From Iphione sp. A-MEVVRFRX5 (taxonomy: Eukaryota): 64,000 nt of DNA. The stretch covers positions 78,368,001 through 78,432,000 of the forward strand of contig OZ320317.1 in the NCBI GenBank assembly GCA_976226885.1, written 5' to 3'. This document shows positions 51,816 through 60,900 of this stretch, piece by piece. The notes below the pieces were generated by a model. It was not told the DNA's origin. It saw only the letters and a list, made by a program, of their open reading frames with translations, and did not search any database. Numbering within the stretch: position 1 is the first letter of the stretch; the number at the start of each line of letters is the position of its first letter. A program made the translations under genes and the position numbers.

Positions 51816-53555
51816 CTCAGAAATTTCATCATCATCCTCATCCTCTTCATTATCATCTTCCTCTTCATTATCTTCTTCACTCTGGTCCTTCTCTTCATCA
51901 TTTTCTTCCTCTGAGTCATCAGTATCTGAATCTTCTTCAAACAGGTTTTGGAATCTAGATTTATACATTCCAACAGCTTTTCTGATAGCTCTGGACTCCT
52001 CCCATCCTTTATCCATGAGCTCATCAGCTCTATTTAGGATGTCATTTGTAGTTTTATTCCTTCTCAGATCTATAGCTTGCTTCAGAAATCTTCTGTAGAT
52101 CTTGAAGAATTGTCTCTGTTCTTTGCCCTCCTCAGCACTGTCTCGGGCTTCATCCCACATCCAGACCAATGATGCATTACCTGCATCATCTTGATCAGAT
52201 GTTCCATTCCAGTCATCTTCTATATGAAGATTTGGCAATGCCTCTATTTTAACCCTTTTTGGTTGGTTTTCCAGATCACATTTTCGAATGTGTCTATGGA
52301 GGTCAAACAAACTTCCATAGACCACTCCACATTCATCACAGGGGTAGAACTGATGTTCCTTTCCCTTTGATGTGTCCAAAACTTGTGCATGTTCCATGGT
52401 TCTTCCTGAATTTATTTCACTGTTCTGAGCGATGTGTACTCCTTGGGTGCTTGTGTGAGACTGAATAGTTGTAGAGATACCAGTGTCTTTTATACCATTT
52501 GCCAGAGCGGATTGAGGGTTTGATAACAGCCTATCTCTGGGGAGCATATTGGGTTTGTTTATGACTACTAGGTGGCCATAAGGAACAGATACTGCTGCTT
52601 CATACTTATGTAACATGTAATTTGGATCTCGGGGAAACATTTGTCTAGCTATGATATGGATCTCTTGTTTATCTGCAGGCATGTCAAACAAGATCAGGTA
52701 GTGGGAGTTACGTCTTATGGTTTTTGTACCTGGGCTGAAAAAATTTTGCATCATACAGATAACTGACAGATTCCTGTGATGACTACCCCTAGTGTATAAG
52801 TGAGTAATCCTTGGATCTTTCCCAGCTTCTGTCATCAAATCATCCAAAATCAGAAGATTATTCATTTTAGGATCAAAATATTTCTCATCTTCTAGATCAT
52901 GTGGTAGGTCTTTCACAAATTCGATGCCTTTCATAGAAGCATACAAGGGCTGCCATTGAGTATAGCACCATACCACCCTATGAGGGTATGGATAAATCCA
53001 GGCAGATAAATGTTGAAGTAAATTCCGCATCCAAGTGGTCTTCCCACTTTGCGTAGGCCCAGCAACAACCATCGTAAATGGGTGTCTGAAAGTTACCTGC
53101 TGATCTGAGCTTATTGGCTTTAGTGCTGGAGCAATTGCAGGTAGTAGGGTAGCAGTTGTTGGCATGGGTGGTAGTGGGACAGTGGGTACAGTGGTTGGTG
53201 ATGGTCGGGCAGCAGCCACAGTGGGCAGTAGTGGGGCAGTGGCTGCAGCGGGCGGTGGTGGGCCAGCTGCTGTAGCGGGTGGCGGTGGGCCAGCGGGCGG
53301 CGGCGGACCAGCGGCCGCAGCGGGCGGCGGCAGGGTAGCAACTGCAGCGGGTGTTGGTAGGGCAGTGGCCGCAGCCACAACTGGTGCTGGGTAAGCAGAG
53401 GCCTCAGGGGGTGGCATTGGGGTGCCAGTCATGACACATGGTGGCACATCATTCATAACAAAAGGCATACAGTGATATTTTGCCACATGACGATTCAGAT
53501 CATGTCTTCTACTGAAACCTGTTCCACAATCATCACAAAAGTAATTCTTACCCAT
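51807..53555 (-). CDS. Multidomain protein: C2H2 finger, Pro/Ala-rich linker, A32/FtsK-HerA-like Polinton packaging ATPase, C2HC finger, helical domain, acidic tail; 582 aa
   Basis: Walker A AGPTQSGKT, Walker B LLILDD, RGSHHRNLSV and MMQN. Fingers CDDC..H..H and CDEC..H...C. PKRVK NLS-like motif; D/E-rich C-terminus. Confidence 0.92.
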   Translation of the reverse strand: MGKNYFCDDCGTGFSRRHDLNRHVAKYHCMPFVMNDVPPCVMTGTPMPPPEASAYPAPVVAAATALPTPAAVATLPPPAAAAGPPPPAGPPPPATAAGPPPPAAATAPLLPTVAAARPSPTTVPTVPLPPMPTTATLLPAIAPALKPISSDQQVTFRHPFTMVVAGPTQSGKTTWMRNLLQHLSAWIYPYPHRVVWCYTQWQPLYASMKGIEFVKDLPHDLEDEKYFDPKMNNLLILDDLMTEAGKDPRITHLYTRGSHHRNLSVICMMQNFFSPGTKTIRRNSHYLILFDMPADKQEIHIIARQMFPRDPNYMLHKYEAAVSVPYGHLVVINKPNMLPRDRLLSNPQSALANGIKDTGISTTIQSHTSTQGVHIAQNSEINSGRTMEHAQVLDTSKGKEHQFYPCDECGVVYGSLFDLHRHIRKCDLENQPKRVKIEALPNLHIEDDWNGTSDQDDAGNASLVWMWDEARDSAEEGKEQRQFFKIYRRFLKQAIDLRRNKTTNDILNRADELMDKGWEESRAIRKAVGMYKSRFQNLFEEDSDTDDSEEENDEEKDQSEEDNEEEDDNEEDEDDDEISEYK

Positions 53556-53579
53556 GTTGACTGGTTAGCTCCTCAATGA

Positions 53580-53615
53580 CAAATGAGCTACAATCAGATT
53601 TGTAAACTATTTATA
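53580..53615 (-). promoter_or_regulatory. Candidate ATPase-gene core promoter overlapping the pPolB stop codon
   Basis: TATAAATAG (53615-53607) encodes Tyr-Lys-stop. TCATTT initiator has its A at 53584, 31 nt downstream; ATG at 53555. Confidence 0.55.
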
Positions 53616-56600
53616 GATTTTGTAATGGCCATATGCTAATGTATCACACCCATTGGTTAGAATGTATCTCTTGTCATCATAGGGTGACAGACTCCTTTTG
53701 TTCAGAGCAATAGTGTAGAGCTGGTGTTGATAACTCCTAATCTGTATCATACTATTTAGCTGTGGCTCTTGATGAAATAGAGTGTTTCTGTAATCTTCAT
53801 GAGTGATGACATTCTCAACTACACATTTGCTTATGCCTTTAGCAGTTTTCTTTTCTATGTTACCATAGAGTAGGCTGTACATTTTAGATCGTAGGCCCAC
53901 AAATTCTGATGGGGGAACCCCAGCACATTCATCCTTCATTTTACCAAGAACTTTCTTATTGCACACACTATACAGTGGGTGGTCAATTGGATAGTCAGAT
54001 GTATCAAAATGGTCAAAGTCATCATGCATGTCTTTGTAAATGTCTTCAGTCTGTACTTCATAGCAAAGGCTGTCAGTGTCAGTAAATAACAGCTTAGCCT
54101 TGTTTCCATATTTTGCTTTCATATATGAATAATGGAAACCATACATGAGAGTTTTGGAGAGATCTAAAATGCTGAAACCTACATAGATTGGCCGATTGAG
54201 TTTCAGCTTTGCCTTCCTTAAGTGAACAGCAGCTAAATCTTCATTAAATATTCTGAATGCATAGAAAGTTGCTTTAGATGATAACTTCCTCACTTTCTTC
54301 TCAGAGTTAACTAGTTTTACATCTATCCTCTTACGTAGATTCTCCATGGTTTTGCCAAAAACACTGTTGTTCATGAGTTTAAAGAAGTCTTTTTCAAACT
54401 CATTTTTGGCATGTTTACGCTTTTCTGTGTTGAAATCAATGTATGGTTTCAACCACTGGCTCTGTTTGAAAGCTAGTACACGGTGGACTTTGCTCAGAAC
54501 CATTCCAAGAGAAACATATTGCTTTAGGTTCCTGTAGTGAAGAATATATCTGGATTTAGGTAATAGGTTTGGTAACAATTTTTCAGCAGTGGCACCTCCC
54601 ATATTCAAGCTTTGGCAGTATGGAGATAACATCTCCTGAGTGATGGTTTTTAACTCAGGTGCTAAGGGGTAATCACTGTGTGAATCATGAAGATGTTCGG
54701 GATACTCCAAGTCCACCTCTAAGATATAACCTTCTTCGTTATCATCTGCTACTTCATTAACATCCAGTGGGTTAACCCAACGAAAGTCATGTGTGGGCAA
54801 TGCCTGAGACATTGCCCAACCATACAGGTTGTTAGCATCCAAATATGCAATATATTTCGAAGGTGTAGAAGGGTCATAATCAGCTAAGTAGGGATTATTA
54901 GCTTTCGAATATCTATTGCTTATAGTTGATATACCACCCCGCAATCCTTTCTCTATGAAAAGATGCATGTCCACATCAGTTAGGAGTTCCAACTTTTGAC
55001 CTGTCATTTTAAGACAGGCCTGCCAAGCAAGACCAGGAGATGTGTAGAAATGTGCTGGGTCTAGTTCATAATAATTCAAACAAATTTCCCTAAAGTGTTC
55101 AAAAACATCAGCCAGCAGGAGGACATCTGTGGCCATGTAGAGGTCATGGTATTCACCAAATGATTGGATGTCAAAGGCATCCCATACTTGTTGGGCATGT
55201 TTATAGTCATCTATAGTGACATTTTGTCCAGTCAAACTGTTATAAAATGACTCAGCAGTTGGAAGCCTTGTTTCTTGGAAGACAGCTGGACCAGTAACGT
55301 AATCATAGGGATAGATGCCCTTTCTGACCAAGAGCTCAATTTCTGTAAAATGCTGTTTAAGATGACAGAACTGTGCTAGGCCTTCTTTAGCCAAATTTGC
55401 TGCTAGTTTGTCTAAAGAGGTTGACAGAAACTGGAAGGAATCTATGAAATCCATAGAACCCATGGAAAAAGATACATACTTTTCCATATTGTTTGGAATG
55501 CATTTGATTTCTTTGTTCACTTTCCCAATAGCCTGCATGATGATGTGTGAGTCATATCCCCTGAGGTTATGAAAAATCACAGGAATTCTACCCTGTAACC
55601 TAAAGTTTACATTGCAGTTGTTATGAGCAGCACCACGGAACCTTCCTGTAATATGGCAGTGGTCCCTAACCCTGTCATCCCCAAGGATCTCATGACAGAT
55701 ATGGCAATGTCTAGCCTGATTGAAAGCCCTGAACTCTTCAACTGTCATTTGAAGTGGTTTGGGATTTTTATAGATCAAATCAATTCTCTCTTGTTCTTTG
55801 AGCATGTGTTCTATGAACTTGTCCGCAACATCAGGGCCTCGGTACACTACAAGATCTCTGGATAGGTCATCATTCAACCCAACCACTTTGTATGCAAAGC
55901 CAGATGGAATGTGTTGCACCAGTTTGTGGGTGTAAGACTGAGATGGATCTGGGATACATGTATGTACCTTGGCTGCAAAGCACTCGAAGTCAGCGTAAAT
56001 CACAAAAGGGACCTTCAGCTGCTTAGACACATCCTTAAAAAATAGCCATTTGTCTTTTTCAGTTGGGAGTTCAATTCTCTGGGGACCATGGATCTTACAA
56101 TAGGGAAGGTGGTCATGTAGTAAAGACTCTTTTGTGAAGCCATGCAAACAGTATGGACAAAAGAAGTGACGATGTGTGTTCGACTTTTGATCATTGAGCA
56201 GGCGATTCAAGTCCTTAATCCAACAATAATGTTGTTTCCTACCATCAGACAGAATTAATAAATTGATGTGTTTGTCAAATCTCTCCTGAGTGACATGAAT
56301 GGGTAGGATCACACCATGCTCATATCCAAAAACATTTATGGAAATTTTGTTTTGTTTTTCAAATCGAGGGACATCAGTCACTTTCAGGGGATAGTTAAGC
56401 CCTGTCATATCAACTGTATCCATATATTCAATGTACTTGCTAACCCGGTTATGATTCTTTTTAACTGGATAAAGAGCTGCCAAGACCGACCAGAGAAAAC
56501 ACTTTTTGTCTCTGTTCTGTACATTGACAATAGCATGTTTAGTCCTCAGTTTAATAGGCAAAGGAATGTAACTAGACCCTTTCAATGGCTGATAGTGAGC

Positions 56601-56831
56601 CATGTGCACTCTCAGCTGTATAACATGATTTAATTTCCAATTGCTTCCCTGCCTCTGGTACTCACTAAAGGATTCATGTATTTTCTTAACTGATTCCTGG
56701 AAACCTTCATTTATATCCTCTGGCTTTAGTGCAATCTGACATTTCCCTCGAAAATGTGGCTCAGCAGTTTCTACTCCATCTTTTTTTTTCTTTTTGAAAT
56801 TGCACTTGAACAGACAAGTACCATTTGACAC
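53607..56831 (-). CDS. Protein-primed family B DNA polymerase (pPolB), main body
   Basis: ExoI YADFE, ExoII FHNLRGYD, ExoIII YMATDV; Pol motifs YLDANNLYG, KLMNNSVFGK, FTDTDS. Inserted endonuclease VII-like domain (CHIC...DHCH...RGAAHNNCN). OTU-like NRDKKCFLWS...HYCWIK. Lacks its own ATG; the true N-terminus is in the adjacent frame. Confidence 0.96.
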   Translation of the reverse strand: MSNGTCLFKCNFKKKKKDGVETAEPHFRGKCQIALKPEDINEGFQESVKKIHESFSEYQRQGSNWKLNHVIQLRVHMAHYQPLKGSSYIPLPIKLRTKHAIVNVQNRDKKCFLWSVLAALYPVKKNHNRVSKYIEYMDTVDMTGLNYPLKVTDVPRFEKQNKISINVFGYEHGVILPIHVTQERFDKHINLLILSDGRKQHYCWIKDLNRLLNDQKSNTHRHFFCPYCLHGFTKESLLHDHLPYCKIHGPQRIELPTEKDKWLFFKDVSKQLKVPFVIYADFECFAAKVHTCIPDPSQSYTHKLVQHIPSGFAYKVVGLNDDLSRDLVVYRGPDVADKFIEHMLKEQERIDLIYKNPKPLQMTVEEFRAFNQARHCHICHEILGDDRVRDHCHITGRFRGAAHNNCNVNFRLQGRIPVIFHNLRGYDSHIIMQAIGKVNKEIKCIPNNMEKYVSFSMGSMDFIDSFQFLSTSLDKLAANLAKEGLAQFCHLKQHFTEIELLVRKGIYPYDYVTGPAVFQETRLPTAESFYNSLTGQNVTIDDYKHAQQVWDAFDIQSFGEYHDLYMATDVLLLADVFEHFREICLNYYELDPAHFYTSPGLAWQACLKMTGQKLELLTDVDMHLFIEKGLRGGISTISNRYSKANNPYLADYDPSTPSKYIAYLDANNLYGWAMSQALPTHDFRWVNPLDVNEVADDNEEGYILEVDLEYPEHLHDSHSDYPLAPELKTITQEMLSPYCQSLNMGGATAEKLLPNLLPKSRYILHYRNLKQYVSLGMVLSKVHRVLAFKQSQWLKPYIDFNTEKRKHAKNEFEKDFFKLMNNSVFGKTMENLRKRIDVKLVNSEKKVRKLSSKATFYAFRIFNEDLAAVHLRKAKLKLNRPIYVGFSILDLSKTLMYGFHYSYMKAKYGNKAKLLFTDTDSLCYEVQTEDIYKDMHDDFDHFDTSDYPIDHPLYSVCNKKVLGKMKDECAGVPPSEFVGLRSKMYSLLYGNIEKKTAKGISKCVVENVITHEDYRNTLFHQEPQLNSMIQIRSYQHQLYTIALNKRSLSPYDDKRYILTNGCDTLAYGHYKIYK

Positions 56832-57243
56832 TACCCTTCTGAACTTCTTGTTTTAATCTCCCTATTACTTTCTGCTGCTTTTTACCTAAAAAGACCATGG
56901 GGTCTTTTTCTGCCCCTGCCTTCATAGTTGCAGTCTTTAAGGAATTCTTAACAGCCCCCTCCTCAAAAAATGTATCACAATCAGTCCCACGACCAGTCTG
57001 TTGATGTGCTTCAACATTCTCCCTACTTCTAGTATTTGCCTTTTTTCCATCAGTTGTATTATCATGTTGTGGATTTTCATGAATTTTCCTGTGTCGGTTC
57101 AATACATCCTTCCTCTGGAATTCTTTATTGCAATTCACACACTTGTACATCTTTCCATTCCCATGGCTGAGCCTCATATGACGACTAAGACCTGACCTAT
57201 GGTTAAAAGTCTTTTTACAGTGACCACATTCAAAGTTTGCCAT
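56761..57243 (-). CDS. N-terminal part of pPolB (two C2H2 fingers plus start of the terminal-protein region), separated from the body by a 1-nt frameshift in A9 at 56781-56789
   Basis: MANFECGHCKKTF...HMRLSH and YKCVNCNKEF...HRKIH. It ends VKWYLSVQVQFQKEKK, which joins DGVETAEPHFRGK if the run is A8, giving a 1211-aa fusion. Likely start ATG at 57243. Confidence 0.85.
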   Translation of the reverse strand: MANFECGHCKKTFNHRSGLSRHMRLSHGNGKMYKCVNCNKEFQRKDVLNRHRKIHENPQHDNTTDGKKANTRSRENVEAHQQTGRGTDCDTFFEEGAVKNSLKTATMKAGAEKDPMVFLGKKQQKVIGRLKQEVQKGSVKWYLSVQVQFQKEKKRWSRNC

Positions 57244-57440
57244 GATATAATATACCAATGAAAAGCCTCTGTGAAAATGCAACTCACTTACCTAGGGAGA
57301 TGTGCCTTGTTCAGCCCAACAGCAACTACTAAGGTAGACTGCTAGAAGATATCTCCTTAAATATATATTGCACCACCTTTTGTCATCTTCATAACTGTAG
57401 GCTTGACTATCCCCCTTCCCCTCTGTAACAAATGGGTCAT

Positions 57441-57684
57441 GTTTATCTGGCCATAACTGTGGTTCTATTTATAGTACATACTCATGCCTACTACCATCGC
57501 AAAGCTCTCGCCGAGAGCTTTTGAATGGTGTATAGAACATGTACCTAGCGTTATTCAGTCCCCCTCGCCATCTGTTAACACTGTGTTGGGTTTATCTGGT
57601 TATATCAGTTGTTCTATTTACAGTACACACTCATGCCCACTACCATTGCGACGCTCTCGTCGAGAGCTTTCCGATGGTGTATAG
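57441..57684 (-). promoter_or_regulatory. Two 95-bp direct repeats, each with a hairpin and a TATA-like box, upstream of pPolB
   Basis: Copies at 57441-57535 and 57590-57684. Palindromes AAAGCTCTC-gcc-GAGAGCTTT and GCTCTC-gtc-GAGAGC, each flanked by ACCAT/ATGGT. TATAAATAG at 57473-57465; TGTAAATAG in copy 2. Confidence 0.7.
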
Positions 57685-57701
57685 CACTTATCTCTAGGTT
57701 G

Positions 57702-57973
57702 TGATTACACGCTCATACTTCTTATCATTGACCACCACTGTGACAGATCAATGCTGATGTCATCAGTCGGGATTCCCCATGCAGGGGATTCCCTAATGGA
57801 GTTGCGTTATCATGGTGCAATATGTGTATGCTGATGTCATTCAGTGGGGGAGGGGGGGGGATTCCCTGGAAAAGAGGTCAAGGTGGGTAACCAAGGTGGG
57901 TAACTTTTCTCCATTGAAATAGCATTGGAGAATGTAAACAAAAGTGAGCCAGAACCGGCAGTTTTATACTACT
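57702..57973 (-). repeat. Right terminal inverted repeat
   Basis: Reverse complement of 49243-49515. kB-like sites at 57769-57778, 57784-57793 and 57857-57866. Confidence 0.96.
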
Positions 57974-57979
57974 GGTGTT
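57974..57979. repeat. Right 6-bp target-site duplication GGTGTT
   Basis: Identical to 49237-49242. Confidence 0.95.
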
Positions 57980-60900
57980 ATTTTCAGACTAAAATGTATG
58001 ATCTCTAATTGTGTAATGCATTAGTCGTGCGAGGCCCAACCCGATCCGTACAGTTGTACACAGGATCTGAATCAGGAATGACTCACTAGGGAGAACTACC
58101 AATATGCCGTGCTCAGAACAACGCAGTAGAAGAAGCTCAGAACAACTAAGTAGATGAAGCATCATGGAGCGAGCAACATTGAGCTGCACACAGTCAGCGA
58201 CCAGTAATGGCAGTGTCATATATTAATACAGACACAGTGCATATAGTCCCCCGAGTTGTTTTGTTAGAGTATTTAAGGTCTATTAAGGAATACATCTTCA
58301 ACGTGTGGTGGCAATTGTAGCGTACACTTGATAAATAAACACCAGGGTGATGTAGCTTCTAGCATCTGGAAACGGGGGAGATTCATGAGATTCTCGTTAG
58401 GGATAAAATAAGGGCACAACAGCTGGCCAAACAACGTTTTTGCATGTGTTTTCGAAGGGGTGGCGCATGGCTATACATAGACGGCGGAATGGGTACAGGG
58501 AATGTGACTTCTTTTGCAAATGAGAGTATTGTTCAAGACACTTTCTTCTGAAGTAGCCATCCTATGCGCACCCGACTTATGAGGAAAACAATTCCACAAA
58601 AAAAACACATTAAAACACATGATACCTACTAGAACCTATCCTTATTATGCTCACAACACCTCTAATGTTATTGTAGACGTTTAAGTAAGTCGAAGATCTA
58701 CCATATTTCCCGAAGGTTTTGGCTGTATTACAAGACCCACCCACGAGTTTATTGGAGACTGACAGGGAACATGTCAGTTCTCTATGGCACGTGTACATAT
58801 ATATGTATTTAATTATACACAATGTTCCGTTGTACGGAACGATTTCCCATAGATATTCCATCTGTCGGCGTTCCACCTTGTTGCACAATTGTTTACCTTG
58901 TCCACGAGTTTTGCCTAACAGGTGAAATTCGCTTGGTTGCTTTAGTGAAAGGAACGAAGTAAGGGGAGCGAGCGTATTCCTCATCTCCAGGTATGCAGTA
59001 TACTTGCAAACGGAGAGCTCACCTGCACAAGCAGGTAAGTTGTCCTCCTCTTCGTGACATCATGCCACGTTGGAGCAGCAAAAAGAAACGAAGATAGGAG
59101 CCTCTGTTTCAAATACCAAGACAGGGAAGAGGCACTTTGTACCGTTATTTTTGTAACAGAATCGTGTATTTTTTTTCGTAGGGAGCATGCGCTGACGCAC
59201 AGTAATTTCAATCGCGATTCATCTGCCTTTGTATGCTCGTTTTGCAAACGTGTGCTCACTACCTGGCGATCCCTGAGATTGCTTGTGGATGTATTACATG
59301 TATACCATTGCATACCATTGCATGCCTTTCTGGAAATGACCTTTGACTTGACCGCTCCCTTGCCTGCTTCAAGGAGGTTCTCCTATCTCTCCATGTTACA
59401 ATCTTAAGTCATCCTTGTCTCTTTTTCACGCCTGCACTCTCATTTACTCCTCCTCCAGGGACTGATAGGAAGGGGTGCCGACATACTGTGTTGATTGCCT
59501 CGATATGTTCACCATTTAATCACCAATGCACCATTCTCCGTCACCATGGAGTTCTCTTTTATTTATAGGGGGCCATTTTGGCTAGTGGCGCAGACCCGAT
59601 CGATTTTACGGTAGACGTGTATAGGAGTTACATCCGCGTACAAACATGCCTACTCGGGACTGCCAACCAACAACCTACATCCCCTCTTCCTACCTACAAC
59701 ATCCATACACATCCTCTTACCACAGGGGCACACACACACCAGCACGCACGCACGCACGTACGCACGCACAGATGCTATCGCATACAGTGTTTTGGGGCGG
59801 TGCACATCAAGGTGAGCAGGTCGGAACGGATCAAATGGGGCTTCCGCTTATTCACAGGCCGACAATCACAGCACTGTAAGCCGACGTGCCTGATTCTCGG
59901 TGCTTTGTGTGCAGCAGGAACGCGCACGGCCCTGTATAACTACCCCAGGCTCTGCCATCAACGTGCAGACTACCTGTGCGTCCAATCTCTCTACTTTCCA
60001 TAAATGATATAAAATGGCGAGATTAAAAAAAATAAGAAAACACATAAATGACTGGGCTTCAGACGAAAAGTGTTCCCCGTTGGTACTTTTACGAGAACCC
60101 GGACTCGGGTCAAAATCGCTGGAGAATGTTTGTCGACACGAAAAACACATTTCAAAGAGGGTTTTGGCCGCTGATATATTCATGGGACGTTGTCTAGAGC
60201 CTGGCAGCTGCTTGCGTGATGCGACCAAGGAGCTGGCACAGGCCCACGGCTGGGCGGACCCGGGGAAGCTCTGGAGACAGATGGAGGGACGGTGGGAAGT
60301 GCTGGAGGCGGCCGCGCTACCAGCGATACGGTTCACCGATTATAGCAGGAGCTAGGCGGACCCTGGATCTGCAGGTGTACCTGCACTGAATTGCCGGCCT
60401 CCCTTTCCATCAAGCTCGCAGTGTACTCCGACTCAGCGGTGATTACTCGGTCAATTCCATCTAATAGTATTATTTAAGCATCCTCTATAGGTGGGATCAA
60501 TGACTATAATTAGATAGTTCTTCTGTATGTAACCATTTAAGTCTGTTTATTTAGGTGGACGCACATATAAATAGACTACAGGTAAGATTACTCGGAAGTT
60601 TACTCGGAAACCAACATCTCTCAGGACTGCATTCTATACACGTATTCAGATATACCGAAAAGACAAACCATCAGTACGAATATACATGTATACCTATATG
60701 TAGTCACTCCTTCGAACTGACCTATATAGATGGACTCCAACAACACGTATTCGTTCTGACAGACAGGTACCACTATGCGAAGAAGGATTACCATGTTTCT
60801 CTGCTGTAAATAGCTCCATCCATTGCCATTAGGCAATCTCAATCTGTGCGCTCGGAACTTTGCTGGTCGTGCCAGCAACAACAATCGCTGACCCTCGTCT

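Larger units (their letters stand above)
49243..57973 (-). mobile_element. Complete compact Polinton/Maverick-like element (8,731 bp; pPolB, ATPase, integrase; no capsid or protease genes)
   Basis: Termini AGTAGTATAAAAC...GTTTTATACTACT, ~270-bp TIRs, perfect 6-bp TSD, and three hallmark Polinton genes co-oriented on the minus strand. Confidence 0.96.

Noticed and set aside
51761-52098. Overlapping ORFs 51761..52024, 51776..51958 and 51787..52098, plus 53120..53394
   Set aside because: Shadow frames of the acidic tail and the Pro/Ala linker of the ATPase fusion.
57269-57291. 23-nt intron in the pPolB leader
   Set aside because: Below the practical spliceosomal minimum; kept only as a possible distal donor.
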